From the NCBI RefSeq assembly GCF_044704955.1, contig NC_091999.1:52390001-52454000 (forward strand): 64,000 nt of DNA. Reading direction: 5' to 3'. The DNA comes from Pristiophorus japonicus (Eukaryota). The stretch's first letter is position 1. Every line of letters starts with the position of its first letter. Below are positions 25,291 to 36,758 of the stretch, in pieces. The notes beneath the pieces are model-generated. The model worked only from the letters and a program-made list of their open reading frames with translations. It did no database searches and was not told the origin of the DNA. The translations under genes were made by a program, and so were the position numbers.

Positions 25291-26375
25291 TTATATTTAT
25301 TCGTTCCTGGGATGTGGGCATCGCTGGCAAGGCCAGCATTTATTGCCCATCGCTAATTACCCTTGAGAAGGTGGTGATGAGCCGCCTTCTTGAACCGCTG
25401 CAGTCCGTATGGTGAAGGTATTCCCACAGTGCTATTAGGGAGGGAATTCCAGGATTATGACCTAGCGACGTTGAAGGAATGGCAATATAATTCCAAGTCA
25501 GGATGGTGTGTCACTTGGAGGGGAACGTGCAGGTGCTTGAGTCTCCAGGCGCCTGCTGCCCTTGTCTTTCAAGTGGTAGAGATCGCGGGTTTGGGAAGTG
25601 CTGCCAAAGAAGCCTTGGCGAGATGCAGCAAAGTAACTTGTTGATAGTACACACTGCAGCCACGGAGCACCGGTGGTGGAAGGCGTGGATTGTTGAGGTG
25701 TTGAATGGAGTGCCAATCAAATGGGCTGCTTTGTCCTGGTTGGTGTCAAGCTTCTGGAGTGTTGTTGGAGCTGCACTCATCCAGGCAAGTGGAGAGTATT
25801 CCATCACACCCCTGAAGTCTGCCTTGTAGGTGGTGGAAAGGCATTGGGGAGTCACGAGGCAAGACACTCGCCGCAGAATACTTAGAATACCTACTCTTGT
25901 AGCCACATCATTTATGTGGCTGGGTCAGTTAAATTTCTGGTCAATGGTGACCTCCAGGATGTTGATGGTGGGGGATTCAGCGATGGTAATATCGTTCAAT
26001 GTCAAAGGGTGGTTGTTAGTCGCTCGATTGTTGGAGATGGTCATTGCCTGGCATTTGTGTGACGCGAATGTTACTTGGCACTTATCAGCTCAAGCCTGAA
26101 TGTTGTCCAGGTCTTACTGCATGGGGCATGGAAAGCTTCATTATCTGAGGAGTTGCAAATGGAACTGAATACTGTGCAAACATCAGCGAACAACACCAAT
26201 TCTGACCTTATGATGGCATGAAATTCATTCATGAAGCAGCTAAAGATTGTTGGGCCAAGGATGTTCAAGGGCTGTGATAATTTCTCTTCAATAACGACAA
26301 CCATCTTCCTTTATGCTAGGTATGACACCAGTCACTGGAGAGCTTTTGTCCTGATTCCCATTGACTTCAATTTTA
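25291..26375 (-). mobile_element. LINE 3' portion (CR1-group, a different family)
   Basis: LGPTIFSCF, LFADVCTV and VMEYSPLAWMSAAPTTLQKLD RT-type motifs. Confidence 0.8.
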
Positions 26376-27880
26376 ATACTTACTGAATAAAGTTCAGTGT
26401 TTATTAATAACACTGTTACTTATACTAGTAATATTGTACAGTGTTAGACATCCAGATATTGTAAACACAATCTCACACAGAGTGGTACTTACCACAATTC
26501 TTGTATTTTTCAGTCCGGTTCCCTCAGAGCGTCAGACAGCAGTCTTACTCCTGTATCGCCCAGATTTTTGTGACTGAGTCTAAACACAAATGTACAGAGT
26601 CTGAGAAACAAATTGAAGCAAACCCAAATCTGATACAATTCTCTCTCTCTCTCGGATATTACAGAAAGTATTGAAAGCATGTCAGGAAATTAAGAACCAG
26701 ATTTTCCGGTCACTGACAATGAATCCCACTCTGTCCAACTCCCTGTACATTCAAGGCATGCCAGGAAATGCATCAATTCAATAAAGAGCTTATTTTGTGA
26801 AGGCTTGAAATGTCCCTCAGTCTGGGCTCATTCCCTGATGATCAGAAATATCTTCCTGGAGCACAGTGACCAGCCCCATCATGTTTCGGGAAACTTGTCT
26901 CATTTCTCCTGCTTCATAAATCTGGATTTTATTGGAATGGGGCGATTTTCCTGAATGAAACGATAAAGCGATTATTCTCTGTAGTTTATATTCTGTGCAT
27001 TACCTGAATCTGTGTAAAATCTCGGGGTGCGTTATATTGTGAAATGGATCTAACTGCTCCTGTAAAATGCATTCCCACACGATTTTATGTAACAACGAGG
27101 TGTCATCCCGTCCTTTTAACAGTTTCATATGTCCCTGTACTCCTAGTTGATAGGGGAGGCGGGCCTCTCACTTTATTCCCCATTAAAATGGCTCTACATT
27201 TAGTTCAAGTGGAACTGGCCCGAGAGCTTGGGGGAAATATTCACACAAAGGGGGCAGATTATGGGAAATTCCTGGTCAAGCTGGATTCCGAGCTAGGGGT
27301 CTGAATCCAAGACCTCCTGACTCAGAGGCGCGAGTGCTGTCAGCTGGGCGAAGAGAGGGTGCTTGTATTGGAGAGCGTGAAGGCCTGTTCATTGATGGGT
27401 TACGGTAACGTTCTGCCACCTGCGGAGAGAGATCAGCTTGCCCATTGGCAGTTCACTGCCCAAAAGCTGGGCTTTGCTTTTTGTTACTGAATGTTTGGTG
27501 CTTCTGCTTCCCTCTCCTACGCAGGTCGACAGTCCAGTCCAGCTTGCACCTACACCTCGGGAAAAGGGTGCGATGCTACGACATATGAACTACTGCAGTT
27601 AATGTCAGCCTATGGGTCAGGAACCTCCTCAATGGGCGCCTCTTAGGCAGAGCGAAAAACAGAAATATAGCTGATTTATTGCAACTAAATTATCAGGCGA
27701 TTTCAGTGACCTGTATTTATTGATCCAGTAAAGAATGTGAAATTCCTACTTGTGCACAAGGATCCTTTTAATTTCTTTAGTCCTCAGGGAATTACTAACC
27801 GATCCTCTAATAATTTTTTTACTTGAGTTGAATCTGCTGCTCTCTGTTTTAACTGAACTGTTGGTTTCCCTTCATTAAAA

Positions 27881-28087
27881 AGAAAGAAAGGAACACTTGC
27901 TTTTATATCGCGCATTTCATGATAACTGGACGTCTCGAAGCGTTTGCAGTCAATGAAGTACTTTTGGAGTGTAGTCACTGTTGTAATGTATGAAACGCGG
28001 CAGCCAACTTGCACAGAGCAAGCTCCCATAAACTCCCACAAACAGCAATGTAATAATGTCCTGATAATCTGCTTTTGTTATGTTGAT

Positions 28088-28125
<38 letters not shown>

Positions 28126-28295
28126 CAAGGACACCGGCGATAACTCCCCTGATCTTCTTCAAAATATTGCCATGGGATCTTTTACGTCCATCTTAGAGGG
28201 CAGACCTCAGTTTAATGTTTTATCTCAAAGACAGCACCTCCGACCATGCAGCACTCACTGAGCCCTCAGCACTGTACTGGTTTGTCAGCCGAGAT
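27881..28295 (-). mobile_element. Deu-domain SINE (SacSINE1-like), partial, with internal (TA)n at ~28090-28123
   Basis: Reverse complement of the SINE at 31390-31852 (gtaaaagatcccatggca..gaagaaga..gagttatc core and L2-like tail). Confidence 0.8.
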
Positions 28296-30239
28296 TTTTA
28301 CAGAGCAATAACACAATCCTTGGGTCTTCACTCAACGGTTAGAGACAAATAAAACGTTTTGTCAACACCCGACATTTGTACAGTTCAGGTCCCAGCCGCT
28401 TGAGTCCTTCATACTGAAGTGTACCCGATCGAGGCGATTTATTGCATTGAAGAATCCAATGACATGAGACAGCACCATAAAGTAAATTGGGCTCAATAGA
28501 AATCCATTAAATGTAAGTGCTTCCACATATACGAGTGTGCCCCGAGAGAATGCCATATTCTGAGATTCAAACACGTAGTGCAATGTGTTCAGGAGATCCC
28601 TTCAACGAGTTTTAATCCATGTGTTTTTAACCTTTCCTTCAAACTTCTCCATCACCCAGTCAATCATTTGGCCGATTTTTGATGAAGAAATGGACCCAGA
28701 AACTCCTCCAGGTGCCGAGCTGCTCCTGGGTAAGTGAGACCAGCAGCAAAAAAGAAAGATATCTTAAATCGCCCAACATTCTTGCTGTGGGCTTCACTGG
28801 AGAGTTTCCAGATGTCCGCGGGAACTTGAGTCAGGAATTGTGCGAGTGCAGCTACAAACTCTTGGATGGTGAGGTGAGGGAATGTGTGCACCAAGCTCTG
28901 CGTTGAATCATGTTTCTCCAAATGTTCCATCATGAATCCAGACAGGAATTGGGATGGTTGCAGATTGTACTCGATCAAATCTCCATCTCTGAACAATCTT
29001 CTTCTCGGAGACTCCTGTGAAGGCCATCTCACCGATCTTCAGTAACACATCACGGGGGCTTTCAATCTCTCGGCCATGGCTTCTCAGAATGTTGTAAATA
29101 TAGGAGGAATATAGTTGGGTGGCTGTCTTGAGAACTTACTGCTGTTTTCTGTCTCTTTGTGTAAAGAAAGGTCCCAGTGACAGCCCGAGAATCCAGCAGT
29201 AGGAAGGGTTGCAGCTCATGGTGTACAGGATGTTTTCTCCTCCACGTCTCTGAATATAGCTGCTGCCACCACCTGATCTTCAAAATGCCTGTTGAAATAA
29301 TCCTTCTGTTTTTACCAACAAATCCCAGGATTTCTGCCCAGACACTAATCTCAGCCTTTTTCAATAAATGCAATGCAGTGGGACGGTTTGTCGCGAGCAC
29401 TGAACATCCTGGGAGCAGATTGGTGCTGTATTAAACTGTACACAATGTCAGACACTTCACACCAATCTTCAGCATTTTGCACATGTGCTTAGGTTCTGTA
29501 TTTCTCCGACTATCAGCAAAATCAATTCTCTCCTTGAATTCATCCGAACCGTCGAATATGAACAGCAATCTCTCTGGGTTCTTCTAGCGCTCTCCCAGAA
29601 TATTCCCAAAGTAAGGATAGAGATCCAGTATCAGATTCCTCAAGTATATTCTATAGCTAATAGAATTCAAATCCCGGAATTTAATATTGAAAACAAATTG
29701 AATGTGTTAGTATATTTTCTCAGTGGCCTAGCCATAGACAACTTTTGGTACCAATGTTATCTTTCCAATTCCTGGTACTCTGCTCACTGCTGATGAACTC
29801 GCAGAATTTGAGTTTCTCTGGGAAGTATTGCTCTGGAACAATTGACCAGTTCGAATTTCTTTCCAGACGATGTTTCTCTCTCCACTCTTCATGGTCTTGG
29901 CCTCTAGCCAGCAGTTCATGTTCTACAATTGTCCGATCTCGAACAGTAGGAATGACCGTTAGCTTAGCGTATCGATCTACCAGCTACAAAACATCAAACT
30001 TCTCCTTTATTAGGATCGTGTTCTCTCTCAGTGTTTCAGCTTGTATCCGGAGTATTTCCTTGTGTTGCTGTTGAATAACTTCAATTGGAGTAGACAGAAA
30101 GTGGTTCTCATTGTTAGCTGCATTGTCATAAAACAACTTCACAATACTATATTACTAAAATGTTGCAAGATTTAATTCACAGCTTCAAATTAAAACTCGG
30201 CGAATGAAGGTGAACAACGGCCAAGAAAGTTTCAAGTCC

Positions 30240-30770
30240 TCATTTGCTTCAAATATTTAAGTCACAAACTCCATTCCCTATCCACTAATTCCGTCTCTCT
30301 CCCCGGCAATTGTCAAAGCCTCACCAAGTCTGTTCGCAACATTGGTGTCATATTTCATCACGAATTGAGCTTCAAACTCCATATCCTCTACATAACAAAG
30401 ACTGCCGAATTCAATCTCTGTAATATCGACCGTCTGCGCTCCTGCCTCAGCTCATTTGCTGCTGAAATCATCCATGTCTTTTATTACCTACAGACTCGAC
30501 TATTCGAATGCTCTGCTGGCCGCCCTCCCACCTTGACCCTCTTTAAATTTGAGCTCATTCAAAACTCTGCTGCCCTTAGCCTAACTCACAGCAAGTCCCG
30601 TTCACCCATCACCCCTGTGCTCGTTGACAAACGAGCGCTTAACAGGAGTGTTATGAGACAAAAATAACTAAATTTGACACCGAGCCACGTAAGAAAAAAT
30701 TACGGTAGATGAACAAAAGCTTGGTCGAAGAGGTAGGGATTAAGGAGGTTTTAAGACAGGAGTTACATTG
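30240..30770. mobile_element. L2 LINE fragments in both orientations
   Basis: ELIQNSAA...SPITPVL motif on +, followed by an L2 3' end on -. Confidence 0.65.
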
Positions 30771-31119
30771 CTGTTGTTTCAGGACTCGTACAGTTTGTCT
30801 GGGATATTACCTGCGCTTCTATTGTCACGTGATCACAGCGAAGATTTCTGCTATTCTAAAGGTACAGAGGGAAATTTGAAAGAGGATTTAAGGTATTAGG
30901 GGCAGGATTTTCGGCTTGCTGCCGTCTCGATTTTCACTCTGCAGTGGCAGTAATGGCGGAGGGATGCATTTCTGCGCAGCTGGTGAGTTTCCAGTGTCCC
31001 GCCGGGATATTCGGTGCAGGCTTTGCGGCGGAGCAGAGCTATGCCGCCTGGGAGAGGTGAGCCGGTGTGCAACGCCCCCAGTTACGACACCGGCTCGATC
31101 TTTGGTTGTCACCCAACTG

Positions 31120-31136
31120 CAGCGCCCCCTAGTGTG
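31120..31136 (-). promoter_or_regulatory. CTCF-like motif
   Basis: CACACTAGGGGGCGCTG versus consensus core CCACYAGRKGGCRS; motif match only. Confidence 0.45.
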
Positions 31137-31389
31137 AAGAAAGCTGCTTCCAGAGATCTCATAATCCAGTGAACTCTGTGGTGAGATGTTTGCCTTAATC
31201 GACATTCAATTGATTTCAGTGCTCTGCAGTGGGAATGACGTTGTGCGCTTCACTTGTGAAATCAACGAGCTCTCTAAGCAGCCAATCACGTTGCAGAATA
31301 TTCATAGCCAGGAAACCACTAATGAGAAGCTGCTTTCTTCCGGATTTTCGTAAAATTTTACAGAAAGCATTACACATTTACATGGGCAT

Positions 31390-31852
31390 AGTGTCAGCTA
31401 TAGCTCAGTCGGTAGAAGTCTCGCTTCTGAACCAGAAGGTTCAAGTCACACATCAGGGACTTGAGCATGTTAATCTAGGCTCACGCTCAAATGCAGTGCT
31501 GAGGGAGTGCTGCACTGTCGGAGGTGCCGTCGTTCAGAAAATCCATTCAACAGAGGCACTGTATGCTCTCTCAGGTTGATGTAAAATATCCCTTGGCAAT
31601 ATATCGAAGAAGAGCAGGAAAGTTATCCCCGGTGTCCTGGCCAATATTTATCCCTTTATCAACATAATGAAAACAGATTATCTGGTCATTATTACATCGC
31701 AGTTTGTGGGAGTTTGCTGTGCACAAATTGGCTGCTGCGTTTCCTACATTACAACAGTGAATACATTCCAAATTTAATTCCTTCGCTGTAAAGTGCTTTG
31801 AGACGATCGTGGTCATGATAGGGGCAATATAAATGCAAATCTTCTTTCTTTC
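31390..31852 (+). mobile_element. tRNA-headed Deu-domain SINE (SacSINE1-like), near full length
   Basis: A-box-like tagctcagtcggt, B-box-like ggttcaagtc, Deu core, L2-like tail gtaaagtgctttgagacg...aaatgcaaatctt. Confidence 0.85.
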
Positions 31853-33049
31853 AACAAAAAGCTGAAACATCATAAGCAAACTTATTAAAACAATAGGGGT
31901 AAAGTCCCAGCCTTGCCGGGTCCATACAGAATTCGTATGGACCCGGCTAGGCCTCGCAAAGTCGGCTTTTCCGATCTGTCAAGATTTCGCGTGGCAGATC
32001 CTCTGCATCCCCACAGGAAGGATGTTATCCCCACAGGAAGGATGTTCGCATGGGTGGAATTGGGCTATCCACCAGCCCACCGAACGTCCTTGAAACTTTT
32101 ACACATGGTAAAAGCAGGTGCACAGCCTACTTTACCAGCGTAAGAGTTTAAAAACATATCAAAATTAAGTTTATTACACATTGCTACAGAAAAATCCTTG
32201 TCTATTAAGGTCAGTTTATTTTAAACGCTATTACATTAAAAAATTACGTTAAAAAAATCCCCCAAATATTTTTTTTTCGAATACATCTAACTAATTTTAA
32301 TTTCAATTAATTTTAAATATGTGAGGGTTTTTTTTATTTGTAATGTGTTCATGTATTTTAGGTTTTAAGCTCATTGATAGTAATGGAAACATGGAGAAAC
32401 AGACTTCCCATCAATATCAATGAGAATTCAGCAATGATTGGTAGTCCAGGCCCACGTGACTTCCAGCTTTTTTGTGCGCGTGAGGAAGTCCCCTTCCCGT
32501 AGGAGAATCCAATCTATGTCTTCGAACGGAAACTAAGGCGCCTCTGGAGTCACTAGGTACATTCGTAGAAAAAGTTCAGATCTGTGGCATTCATCCGAAG
32601 GAAGCCTCCTATCGGATTTTTGGCCCATAAAGATATTAAAATGTAAAGCTTTTGTCATAATGTCGAAATTGATACGCCACAAATATAAAAATTAGTTCTT
32701 CAGGGCCAGAACGGATATTAAGCAGTCGACACGCTATTAAAACACCAGATACACATATTCCTACAAGTCTTCATATTTAATGGGGTGTTTAACAGTGATA
32801 TTACAGTGGAAAGCTCTAGTGTTCATCCGTTTCACTGATTTCACTGATTTCCAGCTATGAGGATTTCCACAGCGCAGCCAATGTTGAAGCAGCGAATGAG
32901 TGTCCACAATTTCACCGATTCCGTATTTTGACGCACATGCGCTACATCCTGTGGTTGCTGTAGTTTCAAAGGTGCAATAACGGCAAATGTTGTTAGTTTG
33001 CCAAAGCTTACTCAACACAAATTCTGGCCCATAAGAATTAAATGACTAT

Positions 33050-34880
33050 TAAACATAGAAACATAGAAACATAGAAAGTAGGTGCAGGATTAGGCCATTC
33101 GGCCCTTTGAGTCTGCAGCACCATTCAATATAATCACGGCTGATCATGCAACTTCAGTACCCCATTCCTGCTTTCTCTCCATACCCCTTGATCCCTTTAG
33201 ACGTAAGGGCCACATCTAACTCCCTTTTGAATATATCTAACGAACTGGCCTGAACAACTTTCTGTGGTAGAGAATTCCACACGTTCAAAATTCTCTGGGT
33301 GAAGAATATTCTCTTGATCTCGGTGCTTCGACTGTGACCCTTGGTTCTGGTCTTCCCCAACATCGGGAACATTCTTCCTGCATCTAACATGTCCAATCCT
33401 ATCAGAATTGTATATGTTTCTAAGAGATCCCCTCTTATTCTTCTAATTTCCAGTGAATATAAGCCTAGTCGATCCAGCCTTTCTTCATATGTCAGTCCTG
33501 CAATCCCTGGAATCAGTCTGGTGAACCTTCGCTGCACTCCGTCAATAGCAAGAATGTCCTTCCTCAGATTAGGAGACCAAAACTGCACGCAATACTTAAG
33601 GCGTGGTCTCACCAAGGCCCTGTACAACTGCAGTAAGATTTCCCTGCTCCTATAATCAAATCGCCTCGCTAAGAAGGCCAGCATGCCATTTGCTTTCTTT
33701 ACTGCCTGCTGTACCTGCATGCCTACCTGCAATGGCTGAAGTACCATGACACCCAGGTCCCGTTGCACTTCCCCTTTTAGTAATCTGTCGCCATTCAGAT
33801 AATAATCTGCCGTCTTGTTTTTACCACCAAAGAGGTTAACCTCATATTTAACCACATTATACCGCATCTGCCATGCATGTACCCATTCACCTAACATGTC
33901 CTAATCACCCTGCTGCTTCCTAGCATCCGCCTCGCAGCTCGCACTGCCACCCTGCTTAGTTTCATCTGCAAACCTGGAGATATTACATTCAATTCCTTCG
34001 TCTAAATCATTAATGTATATTGTAAATAGCTTGGGTGCCAGCACTGAACACTACGGCACCCCATTAGTCACTGCCTGCCATTCTAAAAAGGATTCGTTTC
34101 TTCCCACTCTTTGCTTCCTGTCTGGCAACCAGTTCTCTATCCATGTCAATACATTACCCTCAATTCCCTGGGCCTCAATTTTGCTCACCAATCTCTTGTG
34201 TGGGAAGTTGTTTACAAGCCTTTTGAAAGGCCAAATGCACCACATCCACTGGTTCTCCCTTATCCACTCTACTAGTTACATCCTCATAAGACTCCAGAAG
34301 ATTTGTCAAGCATAATTTCCCTTTCATAAATCCACGCTGATTTGGACCGATCCTGTCACTGCTTTCCAAATGCGCTGCTATTTCATCTTTAATAGTTGAT
34401 TCCAGCATTTTCCCCACCACCGATGTCAGGCTAACTGGTCTACAATTCCCTGTTTTCTCTCTCCCTCCTTTTTTAAAAAGTGTGGTTACGTTAGCTACCT
34501 TCCAATCGATAGGAACTGAAACAGAGTCCATGGAATGTTGGATAATGACCACCAATGCATCTACTATTTCCAGCACCACTTCCTTAAGTACTCTGGGATG
34601 CAGACTATCAGGCCCTGGGGATTATCAACCTTCAGTCCCTTCAATTTCCCTAACAACATTTCCTGACTATTAAGGATTTCCCTCAGTTCACCCTCCACGC
34701 TAGACCCTCGGTCTCATAGTATTTTCGAGTGGTTATTCGTGTCTTCCTTAGTGAAGACAGAACCAAAGAACTTGTTCAATTGGTCTGCTAGTTCCTTGTT
34801 CCCCATTATGAATTCACCTGATTCTGACTGGATGCGACCTACATTAGTCTTCACTAATCTTTTTCTCTTCCCATATCTAT
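33050..34880 (-). mobile_element. CR1 LINE ORF2 3' half (includes the 247-aa ORF 33154-33897)
   Basis: RT motifs, 3' UTR and (ttctatgt)n tail. Confidence 0.92.
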
Positions 34881-35059
34881 AATAAGATAGTGTATACACT
34901 TTTAAACCTTGCTTATCATATTTCACATTTTATCTTAATCCTGAGTGCACGTGTCAATTTTTATTTCATTCTCTATAGAATTTATAAAAAGGTCAATTAT
35001 AATCTATGCAGTTTACTTCGTGGTTTGCTGACTGTGCGAATATGAGAATAAGAATCTAA

Positions 35060-36512
35060 ATTAGGCAGTGGAGCAAAGAGATCTGGGTGTACAGATACAC
35101 AGATCATTAAAAGTAGACGCACAGGTTAATGATTCCATGAAAATGCACTAGTGTTCATTTCTGGAGAGATATATTGACAAGCAGATAAGTTATTTTAAAC
35201 CTGTATCAAACCGTGGTTAGACCACACGTGGAGCACTGTGCAGAGTTCTGATCGACGTTTTATAACGGTTATTTAGGCACAGGCAAAATTGCAAAAAAGA
35301 TTCATGAGATGAGAAGGATGATACCAGAACTGGGAGGATCTATTCATAAGGAAAGGCTGAACAGGCTCTGGCTTATTTCTGCAGTTCATAGAAGGCTGAG
35401 AAGTGACCTGGTAGAGTTCTTTAAGATTATGAAAGGGTAGATGTAGGGAGGTTGTTTCCACTTGTGGGGAAGGACTAAAACTCGGGGCCATAAATATAAT
35501 ATATTCACTTATGAATCCAAAGGGGAATTCAGGAAAAATGTCTTTACCCACAGACTGGCGAGTGTGTCGAACTCGCTACACAGGGAGTGGTTGAGATGAA
35601 TAGCATAGATACATTGAAGGCGAATCTAGATAATAACCAAGAAAGGATTAGAAGGATATGCCATTAGGGTTCGATGAAGAGGGGTAGGAGGAGATTCGTT
35701 TGGAGCATGATTCCCGCATAGACAAGTTGGGCTAAACTGCACAGAAGACACATTTCCTTCTGTGCTGTAGACCCTGTGTAACTCTACGTGATTATGTCAT
35801 GGTACATCAGTCATTGAAGGTTGGCATGCAGGTACAGCAGGCGGTTAAGAAAGCAAATGGCATGTTGGCCTTCATAGCGAGGGGATTTGAGTACAGGGGC
35901 AGTGCAGTGTTACTACAGTTGTACAATGCCTTGGTGAGGCCACACCTCGAGTATTGTGTACAGTTTTGGCCTCCTAAATTGAGGAAGGACATTCTTGCTA
36001 TTGAGGGAGTGCAGCGAAGGTTCACCAGATCGATTCCCTGATGGCGGGACTGACATATCAAGAAAGACTGGATCAACTGGCCTTGTATTCACTGGAGTTC
36101 AGAAGAATGAGAGGGGATCTCATGGAAACATTTAAAATGTTGATGGGTTTAGATAGGTTAGATGCAGGAAGAATGTTCCCAATGTAGGGGAAGTCCAGAA
36201 GCAGGGGTCATAGTCTAAGGATAAGGGGTAAGCCATTTAGGACCGAGATGAGGAGAAACGTATTCACCCAGAGAGTGGTGAATCTGTGGAATTCTCTACC
36301 ACAGAAAGTTGGTGAGGGCAATTCACTAAATATATTCAAAAAGGAGTTAGATTTGTCCTTACTACTAGGGGAATCAAGGTGTATGACGACAAAGCAGGAA
36401 TGGGGTACTAAAGTTGCATATTCAGCCATGAACTCACTGAATGGCGGTGCAGACTCGAAGGGCCGATTGGCCTACTCCTGCACCTATTTTCTTTGTTTAT
36501 ATGTTTCTATGT
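35060..36512 (+). mobile_element. Two tandem CR1 3' fragments (junction ~35795)
   Basis: Both carry RPH(L/V)E..VQ-type RT C-terminal coding and 3' UTRs. Confidence 0.85.
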
Positions 36513-36758
36513 ATGTAGTGTTCACGGTTCCGTTCCATCATGGGAAATGCATTACATTTTCCAATAGATGTCTGCATTACACTTGAAAACATGTTCTATT
36601 TCAGGAAACATCAACGTGAAAGCGAATTGTTTGTTCAGATGACTGTAACTAATATGCAAGGTGAAACAATCTAATTGTATCTCTGGGGTTTAACACAAAT
36701 CATAAATAAGGGACCATTTACATTGGAAAGATCTCAAGCAGATCGGCTCTTACAAAAA

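Larger units (their letters stand above)
24426..30078 (-). pseudogene. NACHT-LRR (NLR, NLRC3/NLRP-like) pseudogene
   Basis: NACHT exon ~30078-28360 (VPGIGK Walker-A-like, FPHLTIQEFVAAL winged helix, many stops and frameshifts); 87-bp LRR exon 26579-26493 (LGDTGVRLLSDAL, with a stop); 168-bp LRR exon 24806-24639 (GLTDSCAE..LTHLNLESNSFTD); terminal exon ~24512-24426 with lost acceptor. Confidence 0.9.
30897..33033. mobile_element. Putative non-autonomous DNA element with short TIRs, containing a SINE and a second nested element (~31894-32629)
   Basis: Ends taggggcaggatttt and aaattctggcccata are imperfect inverted repeats bounded by TA; no coding capacity. Confidence 0.4.

Noticed and set aside
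31390-31450. tRNA gene
   Set aside because: tRNA-derived SINE head that continues into the Deu core; no intact cloverleaf.
33154-33897. 247-aa ORF as a host gene
   Set aside because: CR1 RT C-terminus, with many homologous decayed copies in the window.
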